Of a stretch of 53,772 nt of DNA, positions 36,601-47,200 are shown piece by piece. How positions within the stretch are numbered: position 1 is the first letter of the stretch; each line of letters starts with the position of its first letter. The DNA is from Octopus bimaculoides (Eukaryota). The notes beneath the pieces are model-generated. The model searched no databases. It saw only the letters and a program-made list of their open reading frames with translations, and was not told the DNA's origin. Both the position numbers and the translations under genes were made by a program. The DNA lies in NCBI RefSeq assembly GCF_001194135.2, contig NC_069006.1:10442458-10496229 (forward strand). The letters are read 5' to 3'.

Positions 36601-39600
36601 TGCCATACCAACAAAAGTGCCAGCTTAATGCTTTAATATGACGATTACAAGAAGACAAAGACCTAGATTTATAACCTTTTTCTATAAACCCCAGTTGACA
36701 GCTGCTGTATCTTTTATTTACTACTGGCAGTATATTTTATCCTCCGTTTCAGTCATTGGACTGCAGCCATGCTGGAGTACAGCTTTGAAGAGTTTTTATT
36801 CGACAGAAAAATGCCGGGTTCGAGCTGTTTCAGTCGTTTTTACCAAGCTGCTAAATTAGAGACTCAAACCAACACCCGTTACCAAGGAAGAGGGGACAAA
36901 CACGAAGGCACAAATGCGTACACGACAGGACCCCAAAACCACGTACAAGGAATTAGTCAGCCTGGGGATATAATAGAAGACACTTGCCCATGGTTTTACG
37001 CATTGGGACGAGATTGCAAAGGGCGCTCTTTAACCCCACAGCCACGTTATATTCCATTAGTTTCGTCCCAACTGCCTCGCGTTCTAGATTTCATGGAGTT
37101 ATCTCCCTTGCAACTTTGCCATACGGAATTACCTCCCTCAATAAAATCAACTGGTTAAGAGACGACCAAATCCCATGCCCAGCTTACACATGCAAATAAC
37201 ACTATTTGCTACGCCAAAAATGACCCCCCAAAAGCAGAATATTGTCGATAAGACGATGAACTAAAAAACATCAACAGCGCAAAACATCTGCTATCTACAC
37301 ACGTATGTATGAATCTATCACACAGTGTACAGAGCAGAAAAAGTTACTGAAACAACCACATCATGAGTAACATTTCTCTGCTATATACATTCACATCTTT
37401 TCGTCTTTTTCTTGTTTCAGTCGTTAGACTGCGGCCATGCTGGGGCACTGCCTTGAAGAATTTTAGTTGAAGGAACCGACCCCCAGTAATTATTTTTGAA
37501 ACCTGACACTTATTCTATTTGGTCAAAGTTCTAAATTATGGAGACGTAAACACAAATCACTGGTTGGGGATGAATACAAAGAGACACACACACAATGGGA
37601 TTCTGGAATTCTTTCAACTTAATCCACTCACAAGGCTTTGGTCAGCCCACAGCGATAATGGAAGGCACTCACCTTGGACATGCTCGTACCTATGGAAATA
37701 GATTCATACACAAACACACACATATAATACAGTGTGTGTGTGTGTGTGCGCGCAGAGAGAGGAGCAATGAACCTTACCGTGTGATTCAATCCACAGCAAA
37801 CATCTCTAATTTCCACATCAGTGACAGGAATGACATGGCCGTCTCTTGTCTTCTCAATAAACACATGAAGTTTCTTTGGCACCAGTTCACACTTGAACGA
37901 CAGTTTATTGCTGGTTACAAAGTATTTTCCATCAGAATTGTTACCTGTTGAAAGAAACAGATGGAGAGAGAACATTATTTATGTATATATATATACATAG
38001 TTTTCCCATACATCATCCAGTGAAGCACCTAGGACACATAAACGTTATGTTTTCTGGGTGCATTAGATGTTTTAGATCTTTCAACATCGGACACCCTCAC
38101 CCAGGGTGACCCAGCCAGGGTTGATCAAACTCAAGCATGTGTCTGAATTGATGGTCCTGTTCGTGGGAAGAAACTTGTAAAAGACAACACCCTTCCAATT
38201 CTACCAAATTCTTCGGGTAAGGTCCTGCTTTGGAGGTTGTTTATGGTAGTTGACTGCACTTCCCCTATACTCAATTCAGTTTCATGTTGCTATAGACAAT
38301 CCATTGTATGCCCCTTGTCACCAAAAAACTGTTTGCTTCAAATTTCTGCAATGAATTGCTGATCCACTGAATGAGGTTAGCCTCAACCAATTGATATGGG
38401 ACCCAAACACCAAGCTGATGCAGATGGTTTTCAACATTTGATTTGGATATTTGGGGAATATCTGCAATTATCCTGGTTGGTGCTAACTAATTCCTTCATT
38501 CTATCATTGTTAATCACAGTTAGCTGGCCAGAGTAAGGACTGAAAAATTCCCCCATCAGTCAGTTATAAAAACTACTTCTAGGACACATTCTGTAACATT
38601 ACCCTCTCCGTGCAAGCAGTTACGTTCCTGCAGGTTTCCGCTCCTTTTGTGCCTTTTTTAAAATAAAAAAAGAAAGGCATTGACTGGTCAATGACGCTCA
38701 TGTTGCCTCTCCATTTTTAAGGTGATCCCAAATACACAAAACACAACCTGTCTTGCCACCAGTTTGATTTGAACTCCATTAAAGAGACAATAATGAGTGC
38801 ACATGCACAGAGTGCTTGGAGTTTAGTGTCAACAAAAAAACCAAACTTTTTGGCCAACCCAATATACGTATGTAAAGAGAGTAATTGTATCAACATCATT
38901 TTAATGTCCACTTTACCATGCTTGCAAAGGTCAGATGGAAGGAAGCATGTTGGGTCTGAATTTTCTACAACTGGATGCCCTTTGTATCACTAACTCCAGA
39001 AGTCTGTTGAACAAACAGTCCAGACATGTTAATATGGAGAACTTGAAACAAACAACACTGGCCATTGTTTATGCACCCAGCACCACATTTCAGCCGCGCT
39101 CCCACATAAACCAAAATACACAAGTCAAAACCCCAGCCCAGAACCTAAAATGGTTGAAACTAAAAAGAACCTGCAGAGTATTTAACCTGGCATTGTCCCA
39201 CTTCCTATGCTATGTTGGCTCTGCCGAGACACAAAACTTACCTAGCTGACCATGTTCTGGACATCCAAAGGAATACAGGTTACCGCGTATGTCAGCTATC
39301 ATACTGAACTCTGCGCCACAGGCTACTTTCCGCACTGGTGGACCTTTGTAATGGATCTGTATCAAGGAAAATAAAGAAAAGGTGGGTTAGCTAAGCTTTG
39401 ATCTGGTAAATTATGGAAGAAGGGGGGGGGGCAGTGCCCTTGGCCATCATAAGCTGGTTGAAACTACTCAGATCTCTACAGTTCAACCCTACAGTGTTTA
39501 AACTGGCCACATCCAACCCAAATATTCTACCTGTCTTATGTTCAAACCAGTCAGATCTGGTTCTTCACACCTACCCTACAATGTCACTCTAAAAATAAAC

Positions 39601-42600
39601 AATCACATCAATAACAATAAAATCTCAAAGCTTCAAAATAATGCATGATTAATTCAAAACATTGTGAATAAATAGGCATTACATTTGAGAGAGTAATCAG
39701 AATGCTGAAGGGTTCAAGTTTAACTGAACTGACATTGAACATCAACAAGCAGAAGAACCTACCCTTATTGACAGGGGAACTGCTAAATTCAAAACTAACA
39801 GAACCAAAGGCAACAGATTTCAACAGAAATGTTAATATGGCAACAAAATACATCTATTCTCATTTATCCCAGGGGTTTCGTTCCTCCCAAAACACAAATT
39901 AATCATTTCCATGTACTTTGTAAATGGAATGGCAGATCCATTGATATCAAAGCCATGGCCTGCAACAGCAAAGTTTCCATCTTCACACATTTTCTTGATT
40001 GTCCACCTTGTCTCAATCATTGCCTGATTGGCACCCGTGCCAGTGACACGTCCAAAGACCATTCGAGCGTGATCATTGCCAGTGCTGCGTCTGACTGGCT
40101 CCCCATGCTGGTGGCACGTAAAAAGCACCATTCGAGTGTGATCAATGCCAGTGCCGGCTGACTGGTCCCGTGCCAGTAGCATGTAAAAAGCACTAATCGA
40201 GCGTGGTTGATGCCAGTACAGCCTGACTGGCCCTTGTGCCGGTGGCACGTAAAAAGTCCCCACTACACTCTCAGAGTGGCTGGCATTAGGAAGGGCATCC
40301 AGATCGGATTGGAGCCTGGTACAGCCTTCTGGCTTGCCAGCCTCCAGTCAAACTGTCCAACCCATGCCAGTATGGAAAGCAGACATATGATGACGATGAA
40401 GTGCTTTTGTATTTTCTCTGTTCAGTGACATCATGCTGACGGGTACAAGTATATAGATCCGTATGAAAAAATATGCAGCCTTGCAGCACAACCATGGACA
40501 CCCAACCAATGATCAATGCATTCTGGGTGGCTCAGCATTGGAGGTCATCGCTGGAGAGCATTTTTGCAGTACAACCAGAATCCTTGACAGGTCAATAACC
40601 CATGTTACCACAGATCAATGCATAATAAGCATAACATGGTTCACAACTGCATATACTTTATTATCCCAGATCAATGATGAATGCTTGACTGTGCCAGTTA
40701 CAACAGAGGTTTCAGTTCAACCAATCTCCAGAACAGCCTGCTTGTGAAATAAACATCCAAGTGGCTGAGCACTCCACAGACCTGTGCACCCTTAAATAGT
40801 TCTCTGGGAGATTCACACAAAGTGTGACAAGGCTGGCCCTTTTGAATGACAAGTACAATTCACCGTTGCTGAGTGGGACAAGTTCAGAATGCACCATTGG
40901 GAATGGAACTCACAGCCATACGATTGTCAGCCAAAACCATTAAGCCAGGTGCATTCACAGTGATAAATGAGGCTACATGTATTCCAGAACAAGACCATAA
41001 ATCCAATGAATACTCACTCTGACAGGGGTTGGTACACAAGGACTCTGGTGACCAATACCAAGTTGGCTCATCTTATTGTCTCCGCAAGCATAAACCTTAC
41101 CTCTCTCTAGAAAAAAGAAAAATAACCATGAAAAAATTTTAAAATACAGTGGCAAAAGGGAGGGGAATATTATTTTATATAATTAATTGAAACGAATGCA
41201 ATGCATTTCAGCAGAAATACGGGGACAATTGCTAAAAGAGAAAAAAACGTTTCCTGTCCTGTAAAGGATGTTGTCTCCCCAAAGCCCTTTAGCATTTAAA
41301 CTGGCCCTTTCCAGTTCAAATATTCTGCTTGTTTTACTCTCAAATCAACTTGATCCCATCCATCACACCTACCCTAGAATGTCATTCTAAAAATAAACAA
41401 TCATCATACGTCTGTCTTCCATGCATGCATGGGTCGGACAGTTGACAGGAGCCAGCCATGTAGAAGGCTACTCGAGGCTGTTGTGTCTGTTTTGGGCAGG
41501 GTTTTTATAGCTGATGTCCTTCCTAACACCAACCACTCTGCAGAGTGGACTGAGTGCTTTTCACCGGACACCAGCACAGGTGAGGTCAGTTTTGGCATGA
41601 TTTTTACAAGATAACACATGATTATTGAAAACGATGAGAATAAATAACCATTACATTTGACAAAATAATCTGAATGCTTCAGGGTTAAACCAGTCAGATG
41701 TGACCTCTCCCACCTACCTTACAGTGTCATTTTAAAAATAATCATATCTGCCAAGACGAGAGAATCACCAACAAATTTTGAGTGCAGCAAATGCACTGTT
41801 ACAATGCATACTGCCATGCTACTACTACTACCACCACCACTAATGTGTATAGGTATTACATTTGACAGGTTAATCTGAATGCTGAAGGGTTACCTTAAGA
41901 CAATGCTTCCAGATACCTCGTATACTTCAGCCATAAAAACACAAAATTAATTATAATATTTTAGCCAAATGATCTTTCATGTCGATATTAATGTATGTTC
42001 ATGTCTTTTGTATGCTGGGTGTGCACATACATGTGTTACAACTTAAAGGGGACAGAATTTAGTTCCAAATCTAGGGAGTGTCAAAGAACACAGAGTAGGT
42101 TGGTTGTTAGCGGATTCAGCTAAGTAGAGGTTGTAGTGGTAGAAAATACACTTTATCTTCAGGAATCAGAGAATGGGTGGGTGAAAGGTTCCCAAAAATT
42201 TTTCCTGGCAATTGGAACTCTTTAGAATGTACATGCCACATTGGCTTAGTGGTTTAGGAAGCTATAAACCTCTTAGACCAGACATTAAGGTCCCTAGTTC
42301 AAATCCAAGGACAGATATTTAAAATGTTCAACACTTAACCCCTTAGTGTTCAGATTATTCTGACAAATGTGATGCTTATTCACATTGTCTCGACTTCATC
42401 CTGCATTATCGACGATGTGATCGTTTATGTTCAAAATGACATCGTAGGGTAGGTGTGAGAGGTCAGATCTGGCCAGTTCAAATGCAAAACGAGTAGAGTA
42501 TTTTGGCCAGATAAGGCTGGATTAAATGCTAAAGGATTAGGCATTTAAACCAGCCAAAATATTCTATTCATTTAATGTTTAAACTGGCCAGATCTGGCCT

Positions 42601-43213
42601 CTCACACCAATCCTACAATATCATTCTCAGAAGTAAACAGTTACTTTACCAAAATCTCAAAGCTACAAGACAATGCTTGATGAGCTCCAAAACAATGTGA
42701 ATAAATAAGCATTACTTTTGACAGAGTAATCTGAATGTTAAAGGGTTAATGAATAACTCACCTGTTAGGAAAAGGGTGTGGTTCTTACCACAAGCAGCAT
42801 CAATGATCACATCGTTGGCTAAACTTTCAACCACGGTGGGAATATCTTTGCGGATATCATTTCCGTGGCCTAACTGGCCCTTTTCATTGCGACCTAACGA
42901 AGACAATGGGATTCACGTTACAGAAGTGTAGAGAGAAGAAAATACATTAGAAAGCCCACCACACAGAGCAACAATTAAACAAACAGGAAAGAAATACTCT
43001 TTTACTTGTTTCAGTCATTTGACTGTGGCCATGCTGGAGCACCGCCTTTAGTCGAGCAAATTGACTCCTAGGACTTATTCTATGTAAGCTTAGTACTTAT
43101 ACTATCGGTCTCTTTGCCGAACCGCTAAGTTACGGGGACGTAAACACACCAGCATTGGTTGTCAAATGATGTTGGGAGGACAAACACAGACACACACACA
43201 TACATATATATAT

Positions 43214-43281
<68 letters not shown>

Positions 43282-44166
43282 CGGGCTTCTTTCAGTTTGC
43301 GTCTACCAAATCCACTCACAAGGCTTTGGTCGGCCCGAGGCTATAGTAGAAGACACTTGCCCAAGGTGCCATGCAGTGGGACTGAACCTGGAACCATGTT
43401 GTTGGTAAGCAAGCTACTTACCACACAGCCCACATATATATCATGATGGACTGCCCTGTCAAAGACAACCAATGAGCATTCAGCTTTTGCTGACCAACAT
43501 GCAGAAATGATTTGTTTATAATGAGCAAATGCTCGTGCCACCCATTAGTTCGTCCTCTCCAGCTGCACGGTGTGCCACGCGTCAGGTGTCAAAGTGATTG
43601 CAGAGCAATGCAAGATGAAGTGTTTTGCTCAAGAACACAACACACCACCCAGCCTGGGAATTGAAATCATGATCTTGTGATTAAGAGTGCAACACCCTAA
43701 CCACTAGGGCCATGCGCCTTCAGTTATATATATATGTGTGTATCAGAAGAACTTTGAATGGCATTAGTGATAAATAATTTGTCCACCATGCTCAAGTGAC
43801 TTGGTACCTTACAACAGCCAGGGGAACTAAGGAAATGTAGAATGTACTGCCCAATTCTACAACACCTGCAGCAGACTGGAAGTGTCTACACCAGTGCTTC
43901 CCAACCGTGGCTCCTTTCTGGCAGCCCTGACAATTTTGCTTCTATAAATATAAATTTTTCTTTGAATGGTTTTATTTGGCAGGGGGAGGGGACCCTCCTG
44001 AAATAATCCAGGTTTTAGATCTGGACCAGATATTAAAAAGGTTAAAAACCAGTGGTCTATATACACACACAATTTCTTTTTTACTTGCTTCAGTCATTTG
44101 ATCTGTTTCACTAAAACTTGTCAAAACAGTGCGGAGCCATGGGTACAGCCCAATGACTAAAACAGG

Positions 44167-44212
<46 letters not shown>

Positions 44213-47200
44213 TCCTTAACAGGTAAAACTCGTCAAAGCAGTGTCTCATCATGGATGCAGTCCAATGACTGAAACAGGTTACTATAAATATATATTTATT
44301 TATTCCTTAGCAGGAATCCAGTTGTTGGATGGACTACAGCCATGGTGGAACATCAGTTCTAAGAGATTTAGGTTCATCATATTGATCCTAGAAATTATTC
44401 TATTGATCTCTGTTTGTTGAACTGCTAAGTTACTCGGCACATCATTTTACACTGGTGCGCACACACACATACAGTGACTCTAGAATTTAGTTCTGCCCAA
44501 AACTTATTTTCTTAATCTCTAATTGTCAAACTGTTAAGTTACCCAACACACCATTTTTCACTGGATGCACAAACAGGAACACACACGCAAATAAAACTGG
44601 TACTTACCCCAAGTCATGACTTGACCTTCAGCTGTGATGACAACACAATGACAAGCTGTACAGCCAGAGACCACTGTACGCACTCTCACTCCACAAAGGT
44701 TGGCTATACGATGCGGTCCCCATAGGTTATGACCGCCACCGTTCTTCACTGTGGGAAGGAGGGGGAAAAAAAAATTTATTAAAGCATTATCATAATAGTT
44801 TTTGGTGGGGGGTTAGTCATAGTGACAAGAGTGATTTGTAATCAAAGAATGAAGTATAAGAAGAGGTATCTTTCGGATACAAGTGTTCCAGTTGATCTGA
44901 TCAATGGAACAGCCTGTTTGTGAAATTCATGTGCATGTGGCTGAGCACTCCATAGACACGTGTACTTTTAATGTTGTTCTCAGGGAGACTCAGCATGACA
45001 AAACTGGTCCTTTTCAATCACTGGTACAATGCATTTTTGCCATCTAAGTGGACTAGAGCAATGTGAAATATAGTGTTGCCACTGGGTATTGAACTCATGA
45101 CCTTATGATCGTGAGCCAAATTCCCTAACTGCTAAGTCACATGCCTTCAGAAGATGGGAGGGGCCAGCACTTGAATAAAGGACAGATGGTGATAGTGAGA
45201 GGGATTAGTGGCACAAAGGTAAAGAAAGGAGGTGGAGTGGAGTAGAACACTGTATAAAGCAGTGTTTCTCAACCATTTTACCCTTATGTAACCCTTAAAA
45301 TAAATTACAGGTCACAAGGAACCCCTGAACAAAAAAGTTATATACTATCTTTCTCATTGTAGTTCACGTGGTAAATATCGTAAATAGCATACATTTCTAT
45401 AACATATGGCATAATTATAAACAGGGCAAATTTTAGCCATTTCTCCGCAGACTGATGAACAACCTTAATCGATTTTCAAACCTTATTGGGCTCACATCAG
45501 AGGCATCTACATCATTCTGACAGTCTCCAGAGAAACAAGCAGCCAAACTGTTTACATACTCAATATATATATATATATCCCCAATGGTTGTTATATTTTT
45601 TTGAGCCTCTCCCAAGGTTTAATTGTATAGTAATATTACCATCATGAAATTAGCATTAGCTTATCTCACTCTTTCTTGGGGAACCCTTTTGAGAAACGCT
45701 GGTATAAAATATAAAGGTAATAATCACTGGAGTGCCGCACCATGAGGGCACAATATAGGGTGAATATGATACTGAATGTAGAAAGGATCTAGTACAGGGT
45801 GGACCAAAAGTCATGCACCAGAATATTTGCCATTTTACTCGTTATTCATTTTGTTCATCCTGCAAAAGTGCATGTGGATTCATCTTTACTTTATTTATTT
45901 TATGAAAAAGAAATTGAAGCTTATCTTTGACAATTTCAGACCGCACTGAACTTATTCTGTGTGCATAACTTTTGGCCCATCCTGTATTAATGAGTGTAGA
46001 ATGGCATGTAATACTGATTGTGTATGGTGGAGTGTAGAACAATGAGTGCTGAGTGGAGTGCAAGTACAGTAAGCACAGAGTGGAGCGTGACGTTAATAGT
46101 GTCGAGTAGGGACATAGCAAAGAGAGGAGACAGGGTGCTTACAGAGGGGAGACAGCCATCAGAAAGAAAGGAAAGAGAGTGCTTTTAGTAGCATGTCCAT
46201 CGGACTGTGAAAATATAAAGAAGAGAGAAAGAAAACTGACCTCCTTTAGGTAGATGGCTACGTCCAACCATACACCAATTGGTACCACCAGCAAACAACA
46301 CTTCTCCATTTACGAGGGACCCTTCCAGTTTCTGATAAATATGTAATAATACAAAACATCAAAATCATTTTAATAATGTCCATGTTTCCACACTTGCATA
46401 ACCCACACAGCATTTGTCATGGCAGATTTTTTTCTACAGCCAGATGCCCTTCGTGTTGCCAGCCTTCACCCGTTTTCCAATCAAGGAAATGCAAGACAAT
46501 GTTTCCTCCCCGTGGTTGGGCAATGTTTTTCATGGAAGACTGGAAACGAGCAATACTTGGCTATGTAAGATGGCAAAGCTTGTTGACAACTATCACATAT
46601 TGTCAAGAAGAGACACAAACACACATCTATCATCATCATTTAACATCCGTTTTTCTCTGTTGGCATGGGTCGGATGCCTTGACAGGTGCTGGCAAGGCCA
46701 AGGGCCACACTAGGTTCCAGTCTGTTTTGGCTTGGTTTCTAGAGCTGAATGCCCTTCCTAATGCCAAACACTTCAGAGTGTACTGGGTGCTTTTAACAGG
46801 ACACCATACATGCACACACAGTAGGCTTCATACAGTTTGTCCACCAAATCCACTCGCAAGACTTCGGTTGGCCCAAGTCTATTGTAGAAGACACTCGCAA
46901 AGCAGTCCATGTAGTGGGACTGAACCCAAAACCACATGGTTGGAAAGCAAACTTCTTAACCCCATAGCCATGTCTGCAACCTTTTAATGCTTACTCTTCT
47001 ATGTCTGCATGGGTCAGACAAGGTTTCCTTAGGCAGATCCTTTATGACTGGACTCCCTAGCTGTTGCTCACCCTCATCTATTTCCAAGTCACAGCCAGAC
47101 ATGTTTTCAGAGAAAATTGGAAATTGAGGACACTGCTTGTATGACAGTGATACTCATTTACAACTAACACATGACAACAACACAAAGAGACACACAAACA

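Noticed and set aside
46376-46987. 203-aa plus-strand ORF antisense to RCC2
   Set aside because: It is stitched from three adjacent repeat fragments, including an RTE 3'-UTR repeat and a SINE.
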